From Paracoccus suum (GTDB lineage: Bacteria; Pseudomonadota; Alphaproteobacteria; Rhodobacterales; Rhodobacteraceae): a stretch of DNA of 32,000 nucleotides. Each line of letters opens with the position of its first letter. Position 1 is the first letter of the stretch. The position numbers and the translations under genes were made by a program. Below the pieces are notes generated by a model. The model was not told where the DNA came from. It did no database searches and saw nothing but the letters and a program-made list of their open reading frames with translations. This document shows positions 1 to 9,958 of this stretch, piece by piece. The stretch covers positions 780,001-812,000 of the forward strand of contig NZ_CP030918.1 of NCBI RefSeq assembly GCF_003324675.1, in the 5' to 3' direction.

Positions 1-305
1 CTGGGGGCGACTCGTCAGGTTTGCGGGGTGTGGGCAACAGGCGAGAACGGGCGGGGAACGGGTGAAAACTGACCACAGGGGCACAGCTTGTCTGACTTTG
101 TGCCCAGACTGGGGATCGTTTGGCCGACGTCCGATATATCCCTTTATCTACAAGGTATTGTTACCATCCGGATGCCTATCTGACCAGTGCCTGCTGTGGG
201 CAAGTTCGGGAGACAAACCTTGTCCCGTCGTCCCCAACCCCTTCTACCTCATCATCCTTTAAGCCTTCTTTCTTAAGTTCTAAGAAGACTCGGGAAGGAG
301 GCGTC

Positions 306-761
306 ATGCGCGATGGACTGCTGATCATTTATCCATGGATCAAGGCGCTGCACGTGATGGCCGTCATCTCGTGGATGGCTGGGCTTTTCTATCTACCGCG
401 TCTGTTCGTCTATCACGCGGAGCGTGGTGGCATCGGTCAAGGGACGGCAGAGCCGGGGCGATCGTTTGCCGTGATGGAGGACAAGCTTCTGCGGGTCATC
501 ATGAACCCTGCGATGATCGTCACCTGGCTCGCGGGGCTGACGCTGGTTGCAACGCCGGGTGTAGTTGATTGGGGCAGCACTTGGCCTTGGACCAAGGCCG
601 CCGGCGTCATCGGCATGACCGCATTTCACATGTGGTGCGCGGGGGAGCGGCGGCGCATTGCAGCCGGACAGATCGCGCCGGGACGCCGTTACCGTATGAT
701 GAACGAGGTCCCCACCCTGCTGATGATCGTGATCGTCTTGTCGGTGATCGTTCGTTTCTGA
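306..761 (+). CDS. hemJ: Protoporphyrinogen IX oxidase HemJ-type membrane protein (151 aa)
   Basis: ATG at 306 follows GGAAGGAGG (293-301). The translation MRDGLLIIYPWIKALHVMAVISWMAGLFYLPRLFVYH... matches the HemJ/UPF0093 N-terminal His-containing TM signature and has several hydrophobic segments. The 120-305 part of the tracked ORF has poor GC3 and is taken as non-coding. Confidence 0.85.
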   Translation: MRDGLLIIYPWIKALHVMAVISWMAGLFYLPRLFVYHAERGGIGQGTAEPGRSFAVMEDKLLRVIMNPAMIVTWLAGLTLVATPGVVDWGSTWPWTKAAGVIGMTAFHMWCAGERRRIAAGQIAPGRRYRMMNEVPTLLMIVIVLSVIVRF

Positions 762-779
762 CCGCGATAGCCCCCACAA

Positions 780-808
780 TTGACGCGCCCGGCCATTGAC
801 TGTATGAA
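780..808 (+). promoter_or_regulatory. Candidate sigma-70-type promoter for rho (TTGACG -17 nt- TATGAA)
   Basis: TTGACG at 780-785, a 17-nt spacer, then TATGAA at 803-808. This sits about 105 nt upstream of the rho ATG. Motif match only. Confidence 0.35.
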
Positions 809-911
809 CGCGCGACCCCGGCCATCCGGCCATCAGGGCCTTCCCATTCACATACCCGTTCCGCCCTCTGCCCTGGCAGGGATCGCGGCGGTGGACTGCC
901 GGTGATTTTCC

Positions 912-2186
912 ATGAGCGACGAGCGTCTTAACCTATCCGATCTGAAGGCAAAGAGCCCGGCTGAGCTGCTGGCGCTGGCCGAAGAGTGGGAAATCGAGAA
1001 CGCGTCGACCATGCGCAAGGGCGAGATGATGTTCTCGCTGCTCAAGGAGCATGCCGAGGATGGCGTCATCATTGGCGGCGACGGCGTGCTGGAAGTGGTG
1101 CAGGACGGCTTCGGTTTCCTGCGCTCGACCGAAGCGAACTATCTGCCTGGTCCTGACGACATCTACGTCAGCCCCGACATGATCCGGCAATACTCACTGC
1201 GCACTGGCGATACGGTCAGCGGCGTCATCCGCGCGCCAGGCGAGAACGAGCGCTATTTCGCCCTGACGACTGTTGAGACGATCAACTTCGAGGATCCCGA
1301 GAAGGCCCGCCACAAGGTTGCCTTTGATAACCTGACGCCGCTTTACCCCGACGAGCGACTGAAGATGGAAATTGACGATCCGACCATCAAGGACCGCAGC
1401 GCCCGGATGATCGACCTGATCGTTCCGATCGGCAAGGGCCAGCGCGCGCTGATCATTGCACCGCCGCGGGTCGGCAAGACAGTCCTGATGCAGAACATCG
1501 CCGCCTCGATCGCCAAGAACCACCCGGAATGTTACCTGATCGTGCTGCTGATTGACGAGCGGCCCGAGGAAGTCACCGACATGCAGCGCAGCGTGAAGGG
1601 CGAGGTCATCAGTTCGACCTTTGACGAGCCGGCGACGCGTCACGTCGCGGTCAGCGAAATGGTGATCGAAAAGGCCAAGCGTCTGGTCGAGCACAAGCGC
1701 GATGTCGTGATCCTGCTCGATTCGATCACGCGTCTGGGCCGGGCCTTCAACACGGTCGTCCCGTCCTCGGGCAAGGTGCTGACCGGCGGTGTGGATGCCA
1801 ATGCGCTGCAACGCCCCAAGCGGTTCTTCGGTGCGGCGCGCAATATCGAGGAGGGCGGCTCGCTGACGATCATTGCCACCGGCCTGATCGATACGGGCTC
1901 GCGCATGGACGAAGTGATCTTTGAAGAATTCAAGGGCACGGGCAACAGCGAGATCGTGCTGGACCGAAAGGTCGCCGACAAGCGCGTGTTCCCGGCACTC
2001 GACATCCTCAAGTCCGGCACCCGCAAGGAAGAGCTGTTGGTCGATGCGAAGGATCTGCAGAAAACCTATCTGCTGCGCCGCATCCTGAATCCGATGGGCA
2101 CGACCGATGCCGTCGAGTTCCTGATCACCAAGCTGAAACAAACCAAGTCGAATGCCGAATTCTTCGACTCGATGAACGCCGGGTAA
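912..2186 (+). CDS. rho: Transcription termination factor Rho
   Basis: 424 aa. N-terminal [30 protein letters not shown] (Rho N-terminal domain), RNA-binding [13 protein letters not shown], and P-loop APPRVGKT. The whole protein is recognisable as Rho. Confidence 0.97.
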   Translation: MSDERLNLSDLKAKSPAELLALAEEWEIENASTMRKGEMMFSLLKEHAEDGVIIGGDGVLEVVQDGFGFLRSTEANYLPGPDDIYVSPDMIRQYSLRTGDTVSGVIRAPGENERYFALTTVETINFEDPEKARHKVAFDNLTPLYPDERLKMEIDDPTIKDRSARMIDLIVPIGKGQRALIIAPPRVGKTVLMQNIAASIAKNHPECYLIVLLIDERPEEVTDMQRSVKGEVISSTFDEPATRHVAVSEMVIEKAKRLVEHKRDVVILLDSITRLGRAFNTVVPSSGKVLTGGVDANALQRPKRFFGAARNIEEGGSLTIIATGLIDTGSRMDEVIFEEFKGTGNSEIVLDRKVADKRVFPALDILKSGTRKEELLVDAKDLQKTYLLRRILNPMGTTDAVEFLITKLKQTKSNAEFFDSMNAG

Positions 2187-2189
2187 GCC

Positions 2190-3443
2190 ATGGACACGAT
2201 CTTTGCCGAGGCGACACCGCCCGGCAGGGGCGGCGTGTCTATCGTCCGGCTGTCTGGCCCGGACGCGGCGAGCATCTGCGCCGACCTGTGCGGCGAAGTT
2301 CCGGAGCCGAGGGTTGCCACGCTGCGCGTGATTCGCGACGGGGATGAGGCGATCGACCGGGGCCTTGTGCTTTATTTCGAAGGCCAGCAGAGCTTTACCG
2401 GCGATCCGGTGGTGGAATTTCAGTTGCATGGCGCGCCGGTCGTCGTTCGGCGCCTTGGTGCGGCGCTCGCGGCAAGGGGCGCGCGACCTGCCACGGCAGG
2501 AGAGTTTACCCGCCGCGCGTTCATGACCGGCAAGCTCGACCTGACGGAGGTACAGGGACTTTCCGACCTGCTTGAGGCCGAGACCGAGGCGCAGCGTGTG
2601 CTGGCAATGCGCAACGCCTCGGGCGAGTTGGGCCGGATGGCGGATGGCTGGCGCAGCAAGCTGGTCCGTGCTGCCGCCATGGTCATGGCGGTGCTGGATT
2701 TTCCCGACGAGGAAACGCCAGAGGAGGTCCCCAAGCAGGTTTGGGTCTTGTTGGCCGAGGTCCAGTCGGAGATTGCGCATGCGCTGAGCGGCCATCAGGG
2801 GGCTGAGCGCGTACGGCGCGGATTTACCGTGGCAGTCATTGGCCCGCCAAATGCCGGCAAGTCGACCTTGGTGAACCGGATTGCGCAACGTGATGTCGCC
2901 TTGGTCACCGACCAACCCGGCACCACTCGCGACGCAATTGAGGTGATCTGCGATCTTGGGGGGCTCGCCGTGACCTTGGTCGATACTGCGGGCCTGCGCG
3001 AGACCGAGGACTTGGTGGAGGGAATGGGGATTGCGCGTGCCCGCGAGCGTGCAGAGGCCGCGGATCTGCGGCTGCATCTGTCTGTCAGCGGGGAAGTCGA
3101 CCACAGTTTGTGGGTCGCAGGTGACATTGCGGTTCGCACCAAGGCCGACGTTAACGGGTCCGGGGTCTCTGGCCTGACCGGGGCTGGGGTCGATCGCCTC
3201 CTTGAGGAAATCCGGAAGGTCTTGGGCGATCGGGTTGCGGATGCGGGGCTTGTCGCGCATGAGGCGCAGGCGGGACACCTGAAGGTCGCGCTACGGGCAC
3301 TGAAATCCGCGGAGGGTCTGCCGGCAGAGTTGATCGCCGACCATATCCAGGCGGCGGTCCGTGCCCTTGAAGGGCTGGTCGGCAAGGTCGATATCGACGA
3401 GTATCTGGACGTGGTCTTTGCGGCCTTCTGCATTGGGAAGTGA
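2190..3443 (+). CDS. mnmE: tRNA modification GTPase MnmE (TrmE)
   Basis: Starts 3 nt after the rho stop. G-domain motifs [13 protein letters not shown] and TKAD are present, as is the family-typical C-terminal CIGK. Confidence 0.95.
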   Translation: MDTIFAEATPPGRGGVSIVRLSGPDAASICADLCGEVPEPRVATLRVIRDGDEAIDRGLVLYFEGQQSFTGDPVVEFQLHGAPVVVRRLGAALAARGARPATAGEFTRRAFMTGKLDLTEVQGLSDLLEAETEAQRVLAMRNASGELGRMADGWRSKLVRAAAMVMAVLDFPDEETPEEVPKQVWVLLAEVQSEIAHALSGHQGAERVRRGFTVAVIGPPNAGKSTLVNRIAQRDVALVTDQPGTTRDAIEVICDLGGLAVTLVDTAGLRETEDLVEGMGIARARERAEAADLRLHLSVSGEVDHSLWVAGDIAVRTKADVNGSGVSGLTGAGVDRLLEEIRKVLGDRVADAGLVAHEAQAGHLKVALRALKSAEGLPAELIADHIQAAVRALEGLVGKVDIDEYLDVVFAAFCIGK

Positions 3444-5284
3444 TGTTTCACGTGAAACATTTTGACGTCATCGTGGTTGGCGGCGGGCACGCCGGCGTCG
3501 AGGCTGCCGCTGCCGCAGCTCGCGTCGGGGCGCGGGTGGCCCTGGTCACCCTTCGTAGTTCCGACCTGGGGACGCTATCCTGCAACCCTGCTATTGGCGG
3601 GATAGGCAAGGGTCATCTTGTCCGGGAGATCGACGCCTTTGACGGTCTGATGGGGCGACTCGGTGATGCGGCGGCGATCCAGTACAGGTTGCTGAATCGC
3701 AGCAAGGGAGCGGCCGTTCAGGGCCCGCGGACCCAGACGGACCGCAAGCTTTATCGCCGAGCAACCGCCGATGCGGTCGCCGCCCTCCCAAAGCTCACCG
3801 TTGTCGAAGGAGAGGTTTCCGGGCTGGAAGTCGTTGGCGGGCGGGTCAGTGGGATCCAGCTTGTGGAGGGAGCGCGACTGGGCGCGCCATCCGTGGTCCT
3901 AGCGACGGGTACGTTTCTCGGGGGTACCATCCATATCGGTGACTGGTCGCGGCCAGCGGGTCGTTGGGACAGCGACGCTTCGCAGCGCCTCGCGGCCCAG
4001 GTGCGGGATCTGGGTTTAAACACACGGCGTCTTAAAACCGGCACCCCGCCGCGACTGGATGGTCGTACGATTCATTGGGATCGCGTCGGCACGCAGCCCG
4101 GGGACCAGGAGCCATCGTTCCTCTCTACCCTGACGAAAAGAACCTGTAATCAGCAGGTTGATTGTGGCGTAACGGCGACCAACCCGCACACCCACGAAAT
4201 CATCCACGCCAATCTGCATCGCTCGGCGATGTACGGCGGCCACATCGAGGGGGTGGGCCCGCGCTATTGCCCCTCGATCGAGGACAAGGTCACCCGGTTC
4301 GCGGACAAGACCAGTCATCAGGTCTTTCTGGAGCCCGAGGGGTTGGACGACCACACCATCTACCCCAACGGGATTTCGACCAGCTTGCCCGAGGAGGTGC
4401 AAGAGGCCTATGTCCGCACCCTAGTTGGACTCGAAGACGTGCGCATTCTCCAGCCGGGCTATGCGGTCGAGTACGATTATATTGATCCGCGCGCGCTGAC
4501 GGCAGAACTGCAGCTCCGAGCGCTGCCAGGGCTATACCTCGCCGGCCAGATCAACGGCACAACCGGATACGAAGAGGCGGCAGCCCAAGGGCTCGTCGCC
4601 GGCCTCAACGCCGCTTTGACGGCGCTGGGACGCTCACCGGTCACCCTCGGGCGAAACCAAGCCTACATTGGCGTCATGATCGACGATCTGATCACCCGGG
4701 GCGTTACCGAACCCTACCGCATGTTCACGTCCCGGGCTGAATATCGACTGACCCTGCGCGCCGATAACGCCGATCAGCGCCTCACTCCGGCTGGGATGGC
4801 GCTGGGTTGTGTGGGAGCCGAGCGCGCACACGCTTTCGAGGAAAAGATGTCGGCTCTGGGCAAAGCCTCGGCGGGATTGTCCGCGACCATAGCGCCCCGG
4901 GAACTGCTTTCGGTGGGCTTTGCCTCAGCCGAGATGCGGACGGGGGTGGAGGTGCTTGGTCTCGCCGGGGGGCGGGATGCGTTGGCGAGCCTGGGCAAGT
5001 TGGATAATTTCGCCACCGCGACGATCGCTCAGTTGCAGATCGATGCGACCTACGCCCCCTACCTCGAGCGTCAGAAGCGGGAGATCGAAAATCTCAAGCG
5101 CGACGCCTCGGTGAGGCTACCTGAGGATTTCGACCCGGCGAGCCTTCCAGGCCTATCGACCGAGCTGAAATCAAAGCTCCGGGATCATTGCCCCAAGACC
5201 CTGGCAGACGCACAGAGGATCGAGGGCATGACCCCCGCAGCGCTCGCGCTGCTATCTCTCCACGCGCGGCAGCGAACTGCATGA
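3443..5284 (+). CDS. mnmG: tRNA uridine 5-carboxymethylaminomethyl modification enzyme MnmG (GidA)
   Basis: [22 protein letters not shown] (FAD-binding GxGxxG). Full-length GidA-like protein. ATG 3443 shares one base with the mnmE TGA (3441-3443). An in-frame GTG at 3440 is an alternative start. Confidence 0.95.
   Translation: MFHVKHFDVIVVGGGHAGVEAAAAAARVGARVALVTLRSSDLGTLSCNPAIGGIGKGHLVREIDAFDGLMGRLGDAAAIQYRLLNRSKGAAVQGPRTQTDRKLYRRATADAVAALPKLTVVEGEVSGLEVVGGRVSGIQLVEGARLGAPSVVLATGTFLGGTIHIGDWSRPAGRWDSDASQRLAAQVRDLGLNTRRLKTGTPPRLDGRTIHWDRVGTQPGDQEPSFLSTLTKRTCNQQVDCGVTATNPHTHEIIHANLHRSAMYGGHIEGVGPRYCPSIEDKVTRFADKTSHQVFLEPEGLDDHTIYPNGISTSLPEEVQEAYVRTLVGLEDVRILQPGYAVEYDYIDPRALTAELQLRALPGLYLAGQINGTTGYEEAAAQGLVAGLNAALTALGRSPVTLGRNQAYIGVMIDDLITRGVTEPYRMFTSRAEYRLTLRADNADQRLTPAGMALGCVGAERAHAFEEKMSALGKASAGLSATIAPRELLSVGFASAEMRTGVEVLGLAGGRDALASLGKLDNFATATIAQLQIDATYAPYLERQKREIENLKRDASVRLPEDFDPASLPGLSTELKSKLRDHCPKTLADAQRIEGMTPAALALLSLHARQRTA
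3444..3459. promoter_or_regulatory. parS: parS centromere-like ParB-binding site, perfect palindrome TGTTTCACGTGAAACA
   Basis: Exact match to the canonical parS consensus tGTTNCACGTGAAACa. It extends to an 18-bp palindrome ATGTTTCACGTGAAACAT (3443-3460). It lies 3.2 kb upstream of parAB in the same block. Confidence 0.85.
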
Positions 5285-5871
5285 ATGTTTCACGTGAAAC
5301 ATCCAAGCGCTTGCAAGCCTATCTGGAGTTGCTGAAGAACTGGTCCGCAAAGATCAATCTCGTTGCCCCCGCGACGATTGAGGACGCTTGGGAGCGACAC
5401 ATCGAAGACAGCTTGCAACTCCTCGATCTCCGGCCATCACCGGGCCCAATCTGGACGGATCTCGGGACAGGTGGCGGCCTTCCGGGTTTGGTTATCGCGA
5501 TGGCACTGCCCTCTCAGGAAACAGAGACAGTGTTGGTCGAATCAGATCAGCGGAAAGCTGCGTTCCTGCGACACGTCATACGCACACTGGAGATCCAACA
5601 AACGCGAGTGATCGCTGAACGGATTGAGGTCATTTCCGGGCTGGGCGCCTCAACACTCACCGCCCGCGCCCTTGCCCCGCTGCCAAAGCTCATGACATAT
5701 GTCGAACGTCATCTGGGGCCGTCCGGAACCGCCCTTCTGCCCAAGGGACGCAATTGGCGCGAAGAGGTCGCGGCTGCGCAGCTAAGCTGGCAGTTTGAGC
5801 TTACAGCGCATCCAAGCAAGACTCAGCCAGAGGCTGCCGTGCTAGAGATCAGGGACATCCATGCCCGGTAA
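5281..5871 (+). CDS. rsmG: 16S rRNA (guanine527-N7)-methyltransferase RsmG (GidB)
   Basis: ATG 5281 overlaps the mnmG stop (ATGA). The N-terminus [18 protein letters not shown] is typical of GidB. SAM motif [11 protein letters not shown] is present. The upstream part of the tracked ORF (5188-5280) lies inside mnmG. Confidence 0.93.
   Translation: MNVSRETSKRLQAYLELLKNWSAKINLVAPATIEDAWERHIEDSLQLLDLRPSPGPIWTDLGTGGGLPGLVIAMALPSQETETVLVESDQRKAAFLRHVIRTLEIQQTRVIAERIEVISGLGASTLTARALAPLPKLMTYVERHLGPSGTALLPKGRNWREEVAAAQLSWQFELTAHPSKTQPEAAVLEIRDIHAR
5286..5301. promoter_or_regulatory. parS: parS centromere-like ParB-binding site, perfect palindrome TGTTTCACGTGAAACA
   Basis: The same 16-mer, and the same 18-bp palindrome (5285-5302), as at 3444. 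It sits at the mnmG stop / rsmG start. Confidence 0.85.
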
Positions 5872-6649
5872 AGGTAGGATCATAGCGATCGCAAACCAGA
5901 AAGGCGGCGTCGGCAAGACGACTACTGCCGTCAACCTCGCTGTGGCGCTTGCGGATTCTGGGCATACTGTCCGCTTGGTGGATCTCGACCCTCAGGGAAA
6001 CGCCTCAACCGGAATGGGGATCGCGGCGGATGACCGTGACGTAACGACCTACGATCTGCTGACAGGTGAGGCCACGCGGGACGACGCGTCGGTGTCGACT
6101 TCCGTCGACCGGCTTAGCCTTATCCCGGCCACGGCCGACCTGTCCTCGCTGGATCTGGAACTCGGTGTCAGTAGCGGCCGCCTGCACCGGCTTCGCACGG
6201 CCCTGCGCGCCACCGCCGACGGCCAAACCATCACCATCATCGACTGTCCGCCCACGCTGGGTCTGCTGACTCTCAACGCTCTTGTCGCGGCCGACGGCCT
6301 ACTGGTACCTTTGCAGACCGAGTTCTACGCGCTTGAGGGGCTGTCGCAACTTATGCTGACCCTGCGGGAGGTGCGGCGCAGCGCTAACCCGGCGCTCCGC
6401 CTGGATGGAGTAGTCCTGACGATGCTGGACGGGCGCAACAACCTTTCCCAGCAAGTCGAAGCGGACGCACGGGCTACGCTGGGCGGCGTTGTCTTTGATA
6501 CTATCATTCCCCGCAACGTGCGCCTGTCCGAGGCACCCTCTCATGGCCTGTCGGCACTGCGTTACGACCCGCAATCTCGCGGCAGCCAAGCGTATCGGGC
6601 GCTGGCGGCGGAATATCTAGGCCGCATCGACAACAAGCGAGGAACGTGA
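5861..6649 (+). CDS. parA: Chromosome partitioning ATPase ParA (Soj)
   Basis: Deviant Walker A IAIANQKGGVGKTTT. Overlaps the rsmG end by 11 nt. AGGGA RBS upstream. Confidence 0.95.
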   Translation: MPGKGRIIAIANQKGGVGKTTTAVNLAVALADSGHTVRLVDLDPQGNASTGMGIAADDRDVTTYDLLTGEATRDDASVSTSVDRLSLIPATADLSSLDLELGVSSGRLHRLRTALRATADGQTITIIDCPPTLGLLTLNALVAADGLLVPLQTEFYALEGLSQLMLTLREVRRSANPALRLDGVVLTMLDGRNNLSQQVEADARATLGGVVFDTIIPRNVRLSEAPSHGLSALRYDPQSRGSQAYRALAAEYLGRIDNKRGT

Positions 6650-7527
6650 TGGCGAGCGTCAAACCTGAACGTCGCGGGTTAGGCCGTGGCCTGACTGCGC
6701 TGATGGCGGATCTCGGCTCGGATGCCACCGACGCGACCAGCACCCCTGCGCATCGCAGCGTCCCGATCGAGCAGGTCGTGCCCAACCCGGACCAGCCGCG
6801 CCGCCGCTTTGCACCCGAAGCGTTGGACGAACTCGCCGCGTCGATTCGGAGCCGTGGCATTTTGCAGCCGCTCATCGTTCGGCCCCACGGCGAGGATGGT
6901 GCGCTCTACCAGATCGTTGCGGGCGAGCGCCGTTGGCGCGCAGCGCAGCAGGCGCAGCTACACGATGTTCCTGTTATCATTCGAGAATTTACCGATGCCG
7001 AGGTCGCAGAAGTTGCGCTTATCGAGAACATCCAGCGTGCCGACCTGAGTGCAGTCGAAGAGGCTGCGGCTTTTCGCCAACTGATGGACAGGTTCGGACA
7101 CACGCAGGAACAACTGGCCGAGGCCCTGCACAAGAGCCGCAGCCATGTTGCCAACCAATTGCGCCTGCTGACGCTGCCCGATGCTGTTCAGGATATGGTC
7201 CGCGAAGGAACGCTAACCGCAGGCCACGCGCGGGCGCTGGTCACAGCGAAGGACCCAGCAGCGCTGGCACGTCGCGTCATCGAGCGCGGTCTGTCCGTGC
7301 GCGAGGTGGAGCAACTCGCGCAGGGTGCGCGCAAGTCGACGAACCCTTCCCAGGTGAAGCGCGACAAGGACGCCGACACCCGGGCGCTGGAGGGCGACCT
7401 CAGCGCAACTTTGAAGATGCGGGTCCGCATCGAGCATGCCGGCCAAGATGGCGGCAAGCTGAGCGTCACCTATCGCGATCTGGAACAACTGGATCGGCTT
7501 TGCGCTCTTCTGGGTGGGACGGCGTAA
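6649..7527 (+). CDS. parB: Chromosome partitioning protein ParB (Spo0J)
   Basis: RGLGRGLTAL N-terminus, the ParB-box/CTP-binding motif IVAGERRWRAA, and an HTH QEQLAEALHKSRSHVANQLRLL. ATG 6649 shares one base with the parA TGA. GTG 6646 is an alternative start. Confidence 0.95.
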   Translation: MASVKPERRGLGRGLTALMADLGSDATDATSTPAHRSVPIEQVVPNPDQPRRRFAPEALDELAASIRSRGILQPLIVRPHGEDGALYQIVAGERRWRAAQQAQLHDVPVIIREFTDAEVAEVALIENIQRADLSAVEEAAAFRQLMDRFGHTQEQLAEALHKSRSHVANQLRLLTLPDAVQDMVREGTLTAGHARALVTAKDPAALARRVIERGLSVREVEQLAQGARKSTNPSQVKRDKDADTRALEGDLSATLKMRVRIEHAGQDGGKLSVTYRDLEQLDRLCALLGGTA

Positions 7528-7594
7528 GCCACCTTGGTGGCCTCACCGAGCCCACCTCGCGCCCACCAGAGAGGCTTCCCATAGTCCGCCAAAC

Positions 7595-7624
7595 AAAAAG
7601 CCCCGGACCGAAGTCCGGGGCTTT
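7595..7624. terminator. Bidirectional Rho-independent terminator between convergent parB and pnp
   Basis: AAAAAGCCCCGGAC-CGAA-GTCCGGGGCTTT. This is a 10-bp GC stem with a 4-nt loop, an A-tract on the 5' side and a T-tract on the 3' side, so it reads as a terminator on both strands. Confidence 0.8.
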
Positions 7625-7643
7625 CCATATTCAGTGATAACAA

Positions 7644-9785
7644 TCAGGCTTCGGCTTCGGCCTTTTCTGGAACGATTTCCGCGCCAGTTTCCTGATCGAC
7701 CATCTTCATGCCGAGCTTGACCTTGCCACGGTCGTCGAAGCCCAGAAGCTTGACCTTAACTTCTTGGCCTTCCTTCAGAATCTCATTCGGATGCTGAAGG
7801 CGCTTGCCGCTGATCTGGCTGACGTGAACGAGACCATCGCGCTTGCCAAAGAAGTTCACGAAGGCGCCAAAGTCGACCAGCTTGACCACCTTGCCGGTGT
7901 AGATCTTGCCTTCTTCCGGCTCGGCCACGATCGAATGGATCATGTCGTAGGCCTTCTTGATGGCCTGGGCGTTGGCCGACGCGATCTTGATGACCCCGTC
8001 GTCGTTGATGTCGACCTTGGCGCCCGAAACCTCGACGATCTCGCGGATGACCTTGCCGCCCGAGCCGATCACTTCACGGATCTTGTCCGTTGGGATCTGC
8101 ATGGTCTCGATCCGCGGGGCATGGGCGCTGAACTCGCGCCGGCCTTCGGTCAGGGCCTTGCTCATCTCGGACAGGATGTGCAGCCGGCCGTCCTTGGCCT
8201 GCGCCAGGGCCTGCTCCATGATCTCGGGGGTAATGCCCGCGATCTTGATGTCCATCTGCAGGCTGGTGATACCGCTTTCAGTGCCGGCCACCTTGAAGTC
8301 CATGTCACCGAGGTGATCCTCGTCGCCCAGGATGTCGGTCAGAACGGCCCATTGGCCGTCGTCCTCGAGGATCAGGCCCATCGCAACGCCGGCAACCGGC
8401 GCCTTCAGCGGCACGCCCGCGTCCATCATCGACAGCGAGCCGGCGCAAACCGAAGCCATAGAGGACGAGCCATTCGATTCCGTGATCTCCGACACCACAC
8501 GGATGGTGTAGGGGAAGTCGGTCGGCGCGGGCAGGACCGCCTGCAGCGCGCGCCAAGCCAGCTTGCCGTGGCCGATTTCGCGGCGGCCCGGGCTGCCGAC
8601 CCGGCCGACCTCACCGACCGAATAGGGCGGGAAGTTGTAGTGCAGCAGGAAGTTCGAGCGCGAGTTCATGTGCAGCGCGTCGATGATCTGCTCGTCGTCA
8701 CCGGTGCCGAGCGTGGTCACGCCAAGCGCCTGGGTCTCACCGCGGGTGAACAGCGCGCTGCCGTGGGTGCGCGGCAGGATGCCGACTTCCACGTCGATCG
8801 GTCGGACGGTCTTGTTGTCCCGGCCGTCGATCCGCGCACCACCGCGGGTGATGTTCCCGCGCAGGATCGAGGATTCCAGCGCCTTGAAGGCCGATCCCAG
8901 GCCGGCCTCGGCCAACTCGGCCTCGGTCAGTTGGGCTTTGACCTGCTCCTTGGCCGCCTCGATGGCGTCGCGGCGCTCGGTCTTGTCGTGGATGGCATAG
9001 GCGGCGCGCATGGCGGCCTCGCCCAGTTCCTTGACCCGGTTCTTGATGGCCGAGGTGTCGGCCGGACGGAAGTCGAAGGGCTCCTTGGCAGCGGCCTCGG
9101 CCAGCTCGACGATCAGGTCGATCACCGGCTGAATCTGCTCGTGCCCGAACTTCACCGCGCCCAGCATCTCGGCCTCGGTCAGCTCGTAGGCTTCGGATTC
9201 GACCATCATCACGGCGTCACGGGTGCCGGCGATGACCAGGTCCAGCCGCTGCTCGGGGTTGCCGCGCAGGTTGTCCATGTCGCTGACTTCCGGGTTCAGC
9301 ACGTACTGGCCGTTGCTGAAACCGACGCGGGCCGCCCCGATCGGGCCGCGGAACGGCACGCCAGAGATGGTCAGCGCGGCCGAGGCGGCGATCATGGCGA
9401 CGATGTCGGGATCGTTCACCAGGTCATGTGACAGCACGGTGCACATCACCAGGACTTCGTTCTTGAAGCCGGGCACGAACAGCGGGCGAATCGGACGGTC
9501 GATCAGGCGCGAGGTCAGCGTCTCTTTCTCGGACGGGCGCGCTTCGCGCTTGAAAAAGCCGCCGGGGATCTTGCCGGCAGCGTAGGTTTTTTCTTGGTAG
9601 TGGACGGTCAGCGGGAAAAAGTCCTGGCCCGGCTTCGGCTCGCGCGCGAAGGTCACGTTGGCCATGACCGAGGTTTCGCCCAGCGTGGCGATCACGCTGC
9701 CATCCGCCTGGCGGGCAACCTTGCCCGTCTGCAGGGTCAGGAGGTCCTGGCCCCATTGGATGGATTTCGTCACTTCATCAAACAT
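7644..9785 (-). CDS. pnp: Polyribonucleotide nucleotidyltransferase (PNPase)
   Basis: 713 aa. Begins [31 protein letters not shown]. Two RNase PH-like domains, a KH domain and a C-terminal S1 domain ([29 protein letters not shown]). GAGGA RBS 6 nt upstream. Confidence 0.97.
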   Translation of the reverse strand: MFDEVTKSIQWGQDLLTLQTGKVARQADGSVIATLGETSVMANVTFAREPKPGQDFFPLTVHYQEKTYAAGKIPGGFFKREARPSEKETLTSRLIDRPIRPLFVPGFKNEVLVMCTVLSHDLVNDPDIVAMIAASAALTISGVPFRGPIGAARVGFSNGQYVLNPEVSDMDNLRGNPEQRLDLVIAGTRDAVMMVESEAYELTEAEMLGAVKFGHEQIQPVIDLIVELAEAAAKEPFDFRPADTSAIKNRVKELGEAAMRAAYAIHDKTERRDAIEAAKEQVKAQLTEAELAEAGLGSAFKALESSILRGNITRGGARIDGRDNKTVRPIDVEVGILPRTHGSALFTRGETQALGVTTLGTGDDEQIIDALHMNSRSNFLLHYNFPPYSVGEVGRVGSPGRREIGHGKLAWRALQAVLPAPTDFPYTIRVVSEITESNGSSSMASVCAGSLSMMDAGVPLKAPVAGVAMGLILEDDGQWAVLTDILGDEDHLGDMDFKVAGTESGITSLQMDIKIAGITPEIMEQALAQAKDGRLHILSEMSKALTEGRREFSAHAPRIETMQIPTDKIREVIGSGGKVIREIVEVSGAKVDINDDGVIKIASANAQAIKKAYDMIHSIVAEPEEGKIYTGKVVKLVDFGAFVNFFGKRDGLVHVSQISGKRLQHPNEILKEGQEVKVKLLGFDDRGKVKLGMKMVDQETGAEIVPEKAEAEA

Positions 9786-9958
9786 CTGATATCCTCAAAG
9801 GGCGCCGGCCCCTGCCGGTCCCTCGTTTCACGGCGGCCCCATTGCCGCCGCCTCCAATCCTGATTGCATGTGCCCGGAGGCTGGGGGCGTCACGTCGCAG
9901 ATCGGCGGCGCATACAGCAAAATGCGCCATTTGGAAAGGGATCTGCACGTCATGCCAA

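Noticed and set aside
62-262. 66-aa ORF in the left-edge non-coding region (frame open from position 2)
   Set aside because: It has low GC3, unlike every real gene here (codons such as ata, tat, ttt, gta, tta). The product is Cys/Pro-rich and implausible, and there is no RBS.
259-276. TTAA...TTAA pair upstream of hemJ that looked like a CtrA box
   Set aside because: The spacing is 10 nt, not the required 7 nt.
1194-3278. 694-aa ORF on the minus strand, the longest in the left part of the window
   Set aside because: It lies antisense to unmistakable rho and mnmE. Its product is Arg/Ala/Gly/Pro/Gln-rich with no recognisable motif. Long stop-free antisense frames are expected at this GC content.
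7764-9431. 555-aa plus-strand ORF
   Set aside because: It mirrors pnp. The product is low-complexity (L/G/D/A/R/V-rich) and has no motifs. PNPase on the other strand is certain.
9825-9832. GTTTCACG parS half-site in the pnp leader, and a similar CGTTTCACACG at 22770-22780
   Set aside because: Only one half of the palindrome matches (8 of 16 positions, or 8 of 11). ParB needs both half-sites. These are probably chance matches.
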